Positions 37,974 to 50,452 of a stretch of 64,000 nt of DNA are shown here, one piece after another (position 1 is the stretch's first letter; each line of letters opens with the position of its first letter). The translations under genes and the position numbers were made by a program. The stretch covers positions 3,323,519 through 3,387,518 of the forward strand of contig NC_068994.1 in the NCBI RefSeq assembly GCF_001194135.2, given 5' to 3'. This DNA is from Octopus bimaculoides. Taxonomy: Eukaryota. Below the pieces are notes generated by a model that worked only from the letters and a program-made list of their open reading frames with translations, did not search any database and was not told the DNA's origin.

Positions 37974-40900
37974 ATGGAGACGCCCATGAGCAATGACAAA
38001 CTGATGCATGCTGATTTCTATGGTAAACAGTTTTCACCAGCCCCAACTTTGCAAACGCAAAGAATAAGCCACATTTGTGACAAATTGATTCATACTGATA
38101 TGTACGGGGTCAAAGACTTCCCACAAAGGCATAATCTTTCCATGCAAAGTATTCCTCACATTCTGGATAAACCTCTCTACCATCCAGAATTCGTGCCAAG
38201 GCATCATGGCTTCCAAATGCAAACCATTCCCTCCCACATACCTGATAAATCGTTCCATCACAGTATGGTTACGTATGCGAAAGAGTTCAGTCCAACACAG
38301 AACACTCTACCTTCGCCCAAACTGTTAACCCACATGGTTGACAAGTCCCCCGTTCATTCCACCAGCCCCCTACAGTCTAACAAACAGTTCCTCAGTCCCA
38401 CACACTCTTCTGTACCACTACAATCTCCCAAAATGCCTACAATGATGGACAAGATCTTTCCAGATGGTGGCCTTCTTGATAGTAGTGTGAGTGATGGCAA
38501 ACAGTATTCTCACCCTCATAGATTGCAGTCGCCAATGGAGAAGAGTTACCATAGCAACGAGTCACATAGGAACAGCCCGTTGCCATGTGATAAGCAGCTG
38601 TCACACCAACTCGACTTGCAGTCTTCATCAAAGCTGAGCCCAGTGATGGCCAAACAATACTCTGACCCAATGCTTTACCACAAGTCTTTCTTGACGGAGA
38701 ATAGCCATCTTTCAGAGGCGAGCCGTAACCAATGCCAAGAGAACTGCCATGGCCACACTGTTGCCGCCGGGGGTAACAACAGTGTGGGCAGCCATGGTTT
38801 ACACACTCATAAAACTACTTCCAGTATGTCTGACAAACCGTACCACCATCAACAACAACAACACCATCATCATCATAGCAGTGGCAGAAGCAGCAGCAGC
38901 AGTAGTAGTAGTAACAGTGGTAACACTGCCTCGTATATTCCGTCAGATCACACGAACCCCTCTACACCAAAGCCCCAGGACAAGATGTACCCCCAACATG
39001 GCTCAGTTAGCATGTCTCCAAAGCTTTACTCTCCGAACCACCACAGCAGTATGCAGCCACAGAAAAACTACCTTCACAATATCATCACCAGCAGTAGTAG
39101 TAGTGGTAGTGGTAGTGGTAGCAGTAGTAGCAATAGTAGTAGTGGTGGTGGTGGTGGTGGCGGTGGTGGTGGCGATGGTGGTGGTGGTAGGGGTATGAAC
39201 TGCAGTAATTCTATAACTCCTCCAACCATTACCTCTCCTAGTAGTGCCAGTGTCCCCAGCAGCAGTCCAGCCCCTTTGAGGACCGACAGCATTGTTGCTA
39301 AGCAACCATATGAAAGCAGCATCCATGATGAACAACAACAACAACAACAAAAACATCACCACAAGCAACATCAACATAAGCAACACCAACATAAACAACA
39401 CCGACATAAACATCACAATAAGCATCATCAACAACAGCCTCAACTACAAACACAGCAACAGCAGATGCATGTACAACAACAACAACAGATTCAGGCACAG
39501 CAACAACAACAAATACATGTACAACAACAACAACAACTGCAACAACAGCAACAACTTCAGACGCAGCAACAACTCCAGGTGCAACAACTGCAAATGCAAC
39601 AACAACAGCTCCAAGCACAACAAATGCAACAACAGCAACAACAACAACTTCAAGTACAACAACAACTCCAAACACAACAGCAGCAGCAGCAGCAACAACA
39701 ACTACAAGCACAACAACAACAACAACAGTTGCAAGCTCAGCAGCAGCAGCAACAACAATTGCAAGCACAACAACAACAGAGGCAGCTGCAGGTGCAGCAA
39801 CAACAGCTACAAGATGAACAACATTCACCACAACAAACACCACAGAAACAGCATGATCGCCATCAACACAAGCATCATCATCCACAACAACAACAGCAAC
39901 AACAACAACAGAAATCTCAGCAGGATCTACAAGAACCACAACAACAACAACAACAAGAACAACAACAACAACCATACAGCAATCTACAGAATGAATCCTC
40001 AAAATGTTACTCGCAGAACAGTGATTCCCAAGAACAAAGCGAAGACAGCACCCCTCCAAAACAATCTCCCCACTTGCACCACCATCACCACCACCACCAT
40101 CATCAACAGCACCATCACATTCATCACCACCATCATCATCACCATCTTCAAAACCTATCTGGGGGCTCTCTCCAGTCGGTCGGAGAAACAAACCTAGATC
40201 TGAAAGATGTTACCAAAGAAGACCCTTGTGAGAAACCCTATGATTCTTTAACCTGTCAAATGACGAACCCACAGAATTGTTCCGAATCTCTTGAGAAACT
40301 CTACAACATGGACAGCGAAGTCAATGAAAAGCCTTCGTTGACATTACTCGAAGGTACCGACCAGATGTTGATGGTAGACGACAAAAAGCCATTGCAGTCT
40401 ATGTTGAACAGTGAGATGGTTGGCACTGACAGGCCATCTTCATCCTCAGTGAATGCGCAGCGTTATCACTGTGACTTTTGTGGAAAACAATTTGCACAAA
40501 AGTATGTGCTGCAGATGCACAGAAGAACGCATACAGGAGAGAAACCGTTTCAATGCGATTTCTGTATTCAGCGGTTTGCTCGTAAGGACACGTTACAAAT
40601 CCATCGAAGAATCCACACCGGTGAGACACCGTTCCAGTGTGACAAGTGCCCTAAACAATTTGCTCAGGCAGGGAAACTTCAGAAACACAAAAAGCGTTGC
40701 CACAATGGCCAGGCCAATTCTGTGACGGGTAACACTCAGAAGTCATTAACCCCTCGATCACAGAATCCAAAGAAAAGAATCTCCGTCACGTGTGACATTT
40801 GTTTGAAACAGTTTGCTCATCGAGATTATTTAACAATCCATAAAAGGTCACATACTGGAGAGCGACCGTTTGGGTGTGAATTCTGCCCACAGCGGTTCAC

Positions 40901-41582
40901 TCGCAGAGATATGTTACAAGTCCATCGTAGGACTCACACTGGAGAAAAGCCTTTTGAGTGTCCGATTTGTTTCAAGCGTTTTGCACAGAGAGATAAGCTG
41001 CACATACACTCGAGGGTCCATTCAGGAGAGAAACCTTATAAATGTCAGTTGTGTTCGAAACAGTTTTCTCAGCGTAACACCCTGGTTGGCCACTTAAGGT
41101 CACACTCGGGAGATCGACCATATCAGTGTGAAGTATGTTTGCGGAGGTTTGCCCAAAGGGATTACTTACGGGTACACACACGATCCCATACTGGAGAGAA
41201 ACCTTACGGATGTGATTTCTGCATCCAGCGCTTCTCTCGCAGAGACACATTGCAAATTCACCGCCGTATTCACACCGGGGAGAAACCATTCCGTTGTAAC
41301 TTCTGTGGCAAAGAGTTTGCACAGACAGATAAGTTACGACGACACAAACGTACTCATCCTGAGTTGAAGCAAGAGATCAATGCTGGTAACAGTAACAACA
41401 ACAACAACAAAACCAACAATAGCAATACTGCAGCTGCAGCTGGCAACTACGATAGTGCAGCAGCAGCTGCAGTTGCTGCAATTACAAGTGGTGTAGACAG
41501 CGACGGTAGTAAACCTATGTTGGTCCCAGTAAAGACTATTGATGAGTATTTACCTGTAAATAACTATTTGTGGCTGTTGTAA
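37974..41582 (+). CDS. C2H2 zinc-finger protein ZNF-C, 1202 aa, long disordered poly-S/G/H/Q N-terminus and 10 fingers (3+7)
   Basis: Uninterrupted 3.6-kb ORF. Fingers at 40470-40703 and 40791-41357 with TGEKPF linkers; interrupted poly-Q at about 39428-39971; poly-H at about 40078-40146. Confidence 0.95.
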   Translation: METPMSNDKLMHADFYGKQFSPAPTLQTQRISHICDKLIHTDMYGVKDFPQRHNLSMQSIPHILDKPLYHPEFVPRHHGFQMQTIPSHIPDKSFHHSMVTYAKEFSPTQNTLPSPKLLTHMVDKSPVHSTSPLQSNKQFLSPTHSSVPLQSPKMPTMMDKIFPDGGLLDSSVSDGKQYSHPHRLQSPMEKSYHSNESHRNSPLPCDKQLSHQLDLQSSSKLSPVMAKQYSDPMLYHKSFLTENSHLSEASRNQCQENCHGHTVAAGGNNSVGSHGLHTHKTTSSMSDKPYHHQQQQHHHHHSSGRSSSSSSSSNSGNTASYIPSDHTNPSTPKPQDKMYPQHGSVSMSPKLYSPNHHSSMQPQKNYLHNIITSSSSSGSGSGSSSSNSSSGGGGGGGGGGDGGGGRGMNCSNSITPPTITSPSSASVPSSSPAPLRTDSIVAKQPYESSIHDEQQQQQQKHHHKQHQHKQHQHKQHRHKHHNKHHQQQPQLQTQQQQMHVQQQQQIQAQQQQQIHVQQQQQLQQQQQLQTQQQLQVQQLQMQQQQLQAQQMQQQQQQQLQVQQQLQTQQQQQQQQQLQAQQQQQQLQAQQQQQQQLQAQQQQRQLQVQQQQLQDEQHSPQQTPQKQHDRHQHKHHHPQQQQQQQQQKSQQDLQEPQQQQQQEQQQQPYSNLQNESSKCYSQNSDSQEQSEDSTPPKQSPHLHHHHHHHHHQQHHHIHHHHHHHHLQNLSGGSLQSVGETNLDLKDVTKEDPCEKPYDSLTCQMTNPQNCSESLEKLYNMDSEVNEKPSLTLLEGTDQMLMVDDKKPLQSMLNSEMVGTDRPSSSSVNAQRYHCDFCGKQFAQKYVLQMHRRTHTGEKPFQCDFCIQRFARKDTLQIHRRIHTGETPFQCDKCPKQFAQAGKLQKHKKRCHNGQANSVTGNTQKSLTPRSQNPKKRISVTCDICLKQFAHRDYLTIHKRSHTGERPFGCEFCPQRFTRRDMLQVHRRTHTGEKPFECPICFKRFAQRDKLHIHSRVHSGEKPYKCQLCSKQFSQRNTLVGHLRSHSGDRPYQCEVCLRRFAQRDYLRVHTRSHTGEKPYGCDFCIQRFSRRDTLQIHRRIHTGEKPFRCNFCGKEFAQTDKLRRHKRTHPELKQEINAGNSNNNNNKTNNSNTAAAAGNYDSAAAAAVAAITSGVDSDGSKPMLVPVKTIDEYLPVNNYLWLL

Positions 41583-41767
41583 GACACCAGCCAGCACATG
41601 GGAACTGCTAACACGCATACAGACATATATACGTACATATATGTACACACACACACACACAAACATACACACCTTGAACGACAGTAGAACTCTATACACT
41701 TTAATATTTTTTACAAGTGTTTATATAGATATCTATAAGCAATCTTATGTTTTATTCTCACCCCCCT

Positions 41768-41798
<31 letters not shown>

Positions 41799-42163
41799 AT
41801 TCTTTCTCTCTCCTTCCCTCTCCCTCCCTTCCTTTCTGCCATCAGTGTGTATCAGACATGACATATCTTTGTATAAATATCCTCCTTTCATTTACTAATT
41901 CCTGCTTCAAGATGCCGTCTATGGCTATACTAGTTCCACCTCCACCATCGCCATTCTTCTGGTCTTCTAATCAAGGGAAGACAACTCAGATCGAGTGACC
42001 AAAATTTCATTCAAACCTCTGTTAAATATCAATTTATTTTGTTTGAGGTTTGAAATAATCTAAAATGGTGGCTGAGCTAGTAATATCGTCATACGCCTTA
42101 GCAATAACACACATTGCTTTCTATGACATCTTTGTACGCCTGACTAATTCTCAGTGCATACTT

Positions 42164-42204
<41 letters not shown>

Positions 42205-44858
42205 TGTGTATACATACATCTCTATCTATCTTTTTACTTACTTACTGTCTGTCTATGTATGTGTGTATACATATATATATATACATGCATACATATATAT
42301 ACTCTCTCTCTCATACACACACATCTATATAGATAAATACTTCCAAAGCTGTTTTTATTTTCTCATTTCTCCCCATAAATTCTCCTACTAACCTGTCCAA
42401 TAAGTTCTGATAATATCCAACAGTTCAATATTCTTCTTATTGATTTTTGTTAAACCAAATACCCTACCCTCCCCTGTTCCACCTACAGCTTCTTTTCCCT
42501 CATTATAAAATTATCCAATTTCTTTAAACATTAATTACGAAAGTGAAAAAAGATCCACCTGTTCGTTAGAGTTGCTTATTAGCTTATTTGTTGCTTTCAT
42601 CGCTGACATCTTGCAATTATGACGTGACCACCACAGAAGAAACCAAGTGGATTGTGCCATGCCAAGTGCATAGAATGGTGTTTTTTTTTTTTTCCTTTTT
42701 TTTTTCAACTCTTTCTTTGTTTTCCTTCCCTGCCTATATTTCCCAAAATGAGAGAGATCTTTGAAAATATGTTCATTTTGTCTGTCTGTAAGCAATATGA
42801 CTCGAAAATTTTTAACTGAATTTTTAAAATTTTGTCTTTTGTTTATTTTTTTCCAATATTTTGCTCTGGTGGGCAAAAAATGTCTTGAGTCTTCTTGGAT
42901 TGTTGAAGACTGTGTTTTGTGTATCATGTGAAAGCTAAGCCATTTTGATGGAATCCGTCTCTTCTCAGAATGCTGTCTGTCACCAAAACTCATTGATTAT
43001 AATGTGCAACTGCAGTTGATATGGATGTCTTGAGTGGAATGGATCTAGCTTTTGAAAATTTGGATATTTTGCAAGTCACTTGTTGAGGTAACTATTTTCT
43101 TAGTTGACTCCATTTTACAGTAATTCTTTAGTTGTGAAAAATGGCTGACCTTTATTTTTATCTGGGACTATTTGGAGCAAGCAGAGTAATATCTAGTGAA
43201 CCATTTCCTATTTATTTTTGTTGTAGCAAGTATCCCTTGCTATTCCCCTCCATCCCCATCATTCTTTATAAGTTATTATGTCACCCAGTGTTTGTCTACA
43301 AAAATCTTTTATATATCAGTAACAGTTAAACTATGCTTCACTGGTGAGGTCCAATAAGAGTGAAACATATCTGGAGTTATCACTACATTGCCAAAAATTA
43401 GACTCACTCCTTACTCCACAACATAAGTTTTATTTAAAGTTCAGAATCTCTCTTGACTTAAGCTATTTGTTAAAATAATTGCTTTTTTCCCTCATTAAGT
43501 CTGTAATTTTAATTAATTAATATTTCTTAGCCCACTAATTAAGTATATTAGTTCCCAATTTACTCTTTATTTTTACATAAAGCACACATCCTTGAGGATT
43601 TACCCCATTTAAGCTTTGTACATCAGATTTGACCTCTTGACCTTGATACCTCCTGAATCTCATCAGTATAAATTAGAAGATTGAAAACATTGAAAATAAA
43701 CACGTTTATGGCTTAACTGAGAATGTATATATATATCTATATATATCTATATACATATACATGTGTGTGTATATATTAATTATGTCATTCAATGGAAATA
43801 GTAATGGTGAAAGCGTTTAGACAAACTTATTAACGCTTTTACTCTAACATCGTCCACACACAAGTCACTCATTGACAAAGTAAAATATGATATTCTAAGA
43901 TGGTCGTTCTTTTACTAGTCCGTTAAAGATACATATATCCTTTACTAGTCCTTTAAATCTGGGTCTATTCCTTCCGCTGGTCCCCTACAACTGAGTCTAT
44001 CACTCTCCCATGCAATTTCCTGACATCTTTCATCCTTAACACAGAGATTCTCCTGTGCTGATAGCTAGCTCTGTCTCCTTGCTAACCATCACTAACTCTT
44101 ACAGCTTTATCAATGAAGATAATTTAACATAATATTGATATTTCTACAGAGACAAACTGTGTTCTAGAAACACTGTAGCAGAACTGAGAGTGAATGTAAA
44201 TTATTTCTGTGGATCTGATATAGTACAAGCCCATAGACATCACATGATCACAACCAGACCAAATTCTGTTCGCACACTTATACACACATACTTCAAGATC
44301 CACATCATGATCAATGCCACATCACCAGAGAACCTTTGTTTATTAATTGTGTGTGCGTGTGTGTGTTGAATGCTGTATCACCAATGTACCCAAGTACGGG
44401 TTTTGAAACTTCACCAGAAGTACCTTTGATGTACTCATTATCACATGTGGCTTTGATGCTGCAAGTAACTCCACTTCAGAATGGTGCCTACCTGACATTT
44501 CTGCAATGACTACTCATTGCAAATGGCACCAAGTTCCATGTACACTGAATGTTTAGAATGTATGTGTAATTTATATCTGCGTGTATATATGTATTTATGT
44601 ATGTAGAAATGGTTGATATGTACATATAATTTAATTTTTAAGTGCATGCTTATACACCCATATATACAAATATGTGTGCGTATGTGCATATGTGTATGTA
44701 TATATGTGTGTGTCTAAAGGAAAGCGTGTTCAAACCCTTGCTTCTTGGCTGAGTTTAGATCCTGAATCTTTTGTTTCATAGAATCTTTTTTGAAGTTTTT
44801 TTAATGCTACACGGGTCAAATGAATATTTGGAGAGAATAATATTGCTTATGTTTTCAT

Positions 44859-45050
44859 NNNNNNNNNNNNNNNNNNNNNNNNNNNNNNNNNNNNNNNNNN
44901 NNNNNNNNNNNNNNNNNNNNNNNNNNNNNNNNNNNNNNNNNNNNNNNNNNNNNNNNNNNNNNNNNNNNNNNNNNNNNNNNNNNNNNNNNNNNNNNNNNNN
45001 NNNNNNNNNNNNNNNNNNNNNNNNNNNNNNNNNNNNNNNNNNNNNNNNNN
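44859..45050. other. Assembly gap (192 N)
   Basis: Run of N. Confidence 1.
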
Positions 45051-45182
45051 ACATATACATACAGGTAGAACATTGATCTTCAGGAGCCTTTGATACCAGA
45101 GCCATTCCCGATTACTACTGATATCTGTGAACTGACAGTGGTCACACTCTAAATTAAATAAAATAAATAACATATGTATCCT

Positions 45183-45415
45183 TCTCGAGCCATGCCAGGC
45201 TTATGAGGGCCAGTTTCCTGGTTTCAATGGCGTATGTATTCTCCACCTGGATGGGACGCCAGTCCATCATGGGATTTCTCCCCTTTTGACAGCTGAGTGG
45301 ACTGGAGCAACGTGAAATGAAGTGTTTTGCTCAAGAACACAACACACCACCTGGTCCAAGAATTGAAACCACAATCTTACTATCATAAGTCTAACCCTCT
45401 AAGCCTTGTGCCTCC
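45183..45415 (-). mobile_element. SINE-like interspersed repeat
   Basis: CAACGTGAAATGAAGTGTTTTGCTCAAGAACACAAC...GAATTGAAACCACAATCTTAC, shared with 21815-21915. Confidence 0.6.
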
Positions 45416-45722
45416 ACTTCTAAATTAAACACAAATATTACATTTACTTACATAATTAAAATGAAATACAGCCACCTGTACATTAGTAGAAGCAATACCA
45501 GTTTATTAACACCATATTGTGCATGGCAGTGGTAAACTATTCTGGTAGACATTGGAATTTGAAGTTGCTGCATGTAGATTAATGCAGATTATAAAAGGCA
45601 TCCGGAAAATCAATGGTATACCTGTATGTACTCATATATACTGCATTGTACATGTAATATATATACACACACACACTTCATTCATGGACATATACTATAT
45701 GAATTATTATATGTAGCACACA

Positions 45723-45777
<55 letters not shown>

Positions 45778-47631
45778 GTATATACATGTATGTACTGCAT
45801 AGACACACTAAATTTTATTTTATGTGCTCCATATAATCATTGTGTGTGTATGTATATATGGCATGCATTTATGTATCTGCTGTATAATATACAAGATATG
45901 TTTTTATAAATATATATACCCTACATGTTTGTGTTTGTGTGTGTGTATGTCACATGCCATCAAATGATATCTCAGGGGTCATATAATGATATATTCATAT
46001 ATATACGCATACATTAAACACACAAACTTTTACATATACATCCACTCGCACCCATACACATTTAGTTTCACACAAACACACACACAATTTAATATTGTTT
46101 ACAGCTTTTTGTTTGTTTGTGTGTTTTTTTCTTCTACTAAAGCTGATATCTCCATAAGGGATTTTATAGTAAGTAACCCCTGCCTGCTTCTGGTAGACAA
46201 GGATGATATCAGCTTGCATTATGGGTAATTTTCAAACCTTGATATAAATCAGTTTCTAAAAATTACATAACCCTACATTCTAAGGTTATCCTATAGTAGT
46301 AGTAATAATAATAATAATGATAATAATAATTTAAGGCACAAGGCCCACAATTTTGGCTGGTACCTTATTTTATCAACCGAGGAGGCATGAAAGGTAAAGT
46401 TGACCTTGGCAGAATTTGAACTTAGAGCAAAAAACTGGAACAAATAGCTCAAGGTGTTTTTCTAATGTTCCAGTGATTCTGTTTGCATGTTGCCATTATA
46501 TAATAATAATAATAATAATGATAATGATCATTCTATGTTATCACTAATATTTGATGTTTGATAAATTTACTGAAAGGACTTAGAGGAAAGCATAACCCTT
46601 GGGTTTCACTCAAGGCAGAAAATACGTTATTTGAAGAAATTGATTGATTAATTAATAAAAGAAGTATAATGAAATAACACCTCCACCTGCCCACCCTTGA
46701 TTACCCCCCCTTCCCCCTCCCTCCTCTACCTTGAAATTGCATCTGAAAAATCTCAAAATAAAATCCTGGGGAAAATGAAAAACAAAATTCCAGGAAAAAA
46801 AAGACAAAAACAAAGCAAAACTTGTAAATTGATAAAATAAAAGTAACAGTTGATTATTTCATATATGTAAACGAATCCCTTCTCATCTCTGTCCCCACTT
46901 CTAAAACTCATTAATTACTAGTCATCTTTGTGACACTTTTAAAATTCTCAGGATACATCTGTCAAAAAAAAAACATTAAAAAAACCATCCAAGAGACGGT
47001 ATTTCACCAGTAAAAACTGGTTTTAATAATGGCTGAACTCAAAGGTTTTGCACTTTGAAGCAATTTTCAGTGATTTGTCTTTTTTGCTTTTTCTTTTAAC
47101 TTTTCTTCTGTTTATTTTTACTGTTTTTAATTTGTTAAATTTTTTATTTATTTATATATTATTTATTTTTATTTTTGCCTCTTTTTAGAAAAAAAGTTTT
47201 TTTGTTTATTAACAAAATATTTTATGTAACTAATTTTTATTCTTTTTCTCTCTCTTTCAATCTTCAATATCACAACTACAGCAAAAATCATTTCACTCTG
47301 ATCTGCTCTACAGAAACACAAAAACATTTCCTCTCCCCACTTCCTCCAAACCTATTAAACCAGCCTTAATTCAAAGACTTAAGTCCCTCTCTCTTTTTTC
47401 CCTCTCCCTCTGTACACTGTCTCACAGCAGCATATTGGTAGCTGTACGTTAGTGAACCCTCAAGGCTACTGTACACTTGTATCTGTTTGGCATTTCAATG
47501 TATAACCAACCACTGTATGGTGTGTCATTATATACAGTCATCACTGTATAATATCTTGTAACCCTAAAATACTTCATTATACCATGGGAGCCATCATTTG
47601 GAAGTTGATGGGCTTGATTTCATATACATAT

Positions 47632-47634
<3 letters not shown>

Positions 47635-47701
<67 letters not shown>
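47635..47701. repeat. (CA)n microsatellite
   Basis: Pure CA run; a longer one lies at 50692-50777. Confidence 0.95.
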
Positions 47702-47705
<4 letters not shown>

Positions 47706-47716
47706 TACACTGTATA

Positions 47717-47914
47717 TAGGGTGTCCATAAAATACCTTTACAATTTGAAATATTCAGAAACAAACATTGAAAAAGTATAACTCAGTGGAGTTTATTGGAG
47801 AAGATGATAGGCAAATAAAGTTTTATTAGAAACATCAGGAAATTTCCACAGTTGCACGTAACACATACGTTTAAGAAATTATAAAAGGTGTAACAATAAT
47901 TTATGAACACCCAG
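47717..47914. mobile_element. Tc1/mariner-type MITE with TA target duplication
   Basis: TA|TAGGGTGTCCATAAA ... TTTATGAACACCCAG|TA; same CAGGGTG-type terminus as the maT fossil at 10764. Confidence 0.7.
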
Positions 47915-48013
47915 TATACACACACACACACACACACACACACGAATGTGTATGTATGTCTATATATATATATGCATGTGTGTGTGTGTATGTATGTATA
48001 TATATATATATAT

Positions 48014-48327
48014 ATATCAGAGAAGGTTAAAAGAGAGAAAATAGAAAGCTGCTGACAGTGCGGAAAGTTTAATAAAGCCTTTGTATTCGCTTTCAAAATC
48101 CCATCTTCAGAAGAAAAACAGTCTGAGAAATATCCAGTTATGTAGGTTCTGTTAACCCATTCAAATATATGTTTTGAATGGGTTAACAGAAACTACATAA
48201 CTGGACTTTTCTCAGACTGTTCTTTTCTTCTGAAGTTGGGCCTTTGAACCCAAAATACAATGGTTTTATTAAACTTACCGCATTGTCAGAAGCTTTCTAT
48301 TTTCTCTCTTTTTAACTTCTTTGATAT
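48014..48327. repeat. Palindrome P1 (~150-bp arms, 7-nt loop) with two decayed hammerhead-like cores
   Basis: Arms 48014-48165 and 48173-48327. Minus-strand CTGAAGA at 48110-48104 then TGGG...GC-GAAT; plus-strand CTGAAGT at 48230-48236 then TGGG...CCC-AAAA. Confidence 0.85.
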
Positions 48328-48375
48328 CACAATGCTTCAAGCAAACTGTAACGCTCTTATATATATACATACATA

Positions 48376-48447
<72 letters not shown>

Positions 48448-49028
48448 NNNNNNNNNNNNNNNNNNNNNNNNNNNNNNNNNNNNNNNNNNNNNNNNNNNNN
48501 NNNNNNNNNNNNNNNNNNNNNNNNNNNNNNNNNNNNNNNNNNNNNNNNNNNNNNNNNNNNNNNNNNNNNNNNNNNNNNNNNNNNNNNNNNNNNNNNNNNN
48601 NNNNNNNNNNNNNNNNNNNNNNNNNNNNNNNNNNNNNNNNNNNNNNNNNNNNNNNNNNNNNNNNNNNNNNNNNNNNNNNNNNNNNNNNNNNNNNNNNNNN
48701 NNNNNNNNNNNNNNNNNNNNNNNNNNNNNNNNNNNNNNNNNNNNNNNNNNNNNNNNNNNNNNNNNNNNNNNNNNNNNNNNNNNNNNNNNNNNNNNNNNNN
48801 NNNNNNNNNNNNNNNNNNNNNNNNNNNNNNNNNNNNNNNNNNNNNNNNNNNNNNNNNNNNNNNNNNNNNNNNNNNNNNNNNNNNNNNNNNNNNNNNNNNN
48901 NNNNNNNNNNNNNNNNNNNNNNNNNNNNNNNNNNNNNNNNNNNNNNNNNNNNNNNNNNNNNNNNNNNNNNNNNNNNNNNNNNNNNNNNNNNNNNNNNNNN
49001 NNNNNNNNNNNNNNNNNNNNNNNNNNNN
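48448..49028. other. Assembly gap (581 N) inside an AT microsatellite
   Basis: Run of N flanked by (TA)n and (GTATAT)n. Confidence 1.
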
Positions 49029-49082
<54 letters not shown>

Positions 49083-49247
49083 ATATATGTATATATATAT
49101 GTATATGTATATATATATGTATATATATATGTATATGTATATATATATGTATATATATATGTATATATATATGTATATGTATGTATATGTATATATATAT
49201 GTATATGTATGTATATGTATGTATATGTATATATATGTATATATATG

Positions 49248-49260
<13 letters not shown>
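49029..49260. repeat. Compound (GTATAT)n/(GTATATATAT)n microsatellite
   Basis: 6-nt and 10-nt units alternate. Confidence 0.9.
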
Positions 49261-49281
<21 letters not shown>

Positions 49282-49695
49282 TTTATATATATATTTATCT
49301 AACATCCAACACATGCCAGCATGGAAAATGGATGTTAAATGGTGATGATGTATATCCATGTACACGTGTGTTTATATATAAAAAATGTGCATAAATATAT
49401 ATATATATGTACACACACACAGAAAATACATGTGTGTAATATATGTGTATCTGAGAGTGTATATATAGAGACATGTATGTAAGTGTGTGTCAATGTCATC
49501 ACGTTGGTATGTGCTTCTGTAAATTTGTATATATATGTGTGTGTGTGTCTGTGTGTACATAGGTGTATACATGCATATGTTGCTGTGGTTACATGTTTTC
49601 TTTACATACAGAAAAATATTTTATATATTTTATGTGCTTCTCTATATATTTGTATGTATAGATTATTTGTACATGTGTGTGTGGGTGTGTGTGTG

Positions 49696-49753
<58 letters not shown>

Positions 49754-49783
49754 CATACATACACACACACATACACTCCCATG

Positions 49784-49823
<40 letters not shown>

Positions 49824-50452
49824 TACAGTACTATGCATACATCTGCATTTTTGTATTATATAATCAATGTCCATACATAATGAACAAGTGTATATACAAA
49901 GATCATTTCTGTACAATATCTATCAACATACATGCAAACATGTTTGTCTGTAGAAAATGTTCCTGTGTAAGTATGTATATGTGTGTGTGTGTGTATATAT
50001 ATATACATATACATATATATATAATATGTGTGTGTGTGTGTATGTATCAAGGAAGACTGACAAATCTGTGAAGCATAAGACTACCTACCCAGAGGTCGTG
50101 AGTTTGAATTCACTGCAGGTGTGTCTCACTCCAGGTGTGTCATTGTTCATCCAGTTAATTATCTGAGACCGTTACCCGCCATATAGACTGGGATCCCACG
50201 AGGATGTAGATTAGATTTAGCCATTAATCTATGGAACCAGAGCCAAAGACTGGACCTTGAGACCTTGCAAGACACCTGCATTCGCATATTTTGGGAAACA
50301 TATAGAGTCGGTAACAAACTGAATTAAAAGGTCCTTGATAATTAATTTGCTGTTTCAACTGGTCTGGGTTCAAATCTTAGCATCATCTGTGTGTGTGTTT
50401 AATAAAATTGGTATCTGTAATATACTGGGGAGGGTCTACACAAGCACACACA

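Noticed and set aside
39003-40197. ~300-aa poly-Asn (+) and poly-Val (-) ORFs over the ZNF-C poly-Q
   Set aside because: CAA/CAG repeats lack stops in other frames; expected artefact.
44771-45173. ORFs spanning the 192-N gap
   Set aside because: Open only because N is translated as X.
48260-50166. Many 300-aa YI/IC/VY ORFs
   Set aside because: Translations of (TA)n, (GTATAT)n, (CA)n and a 581-N gap.
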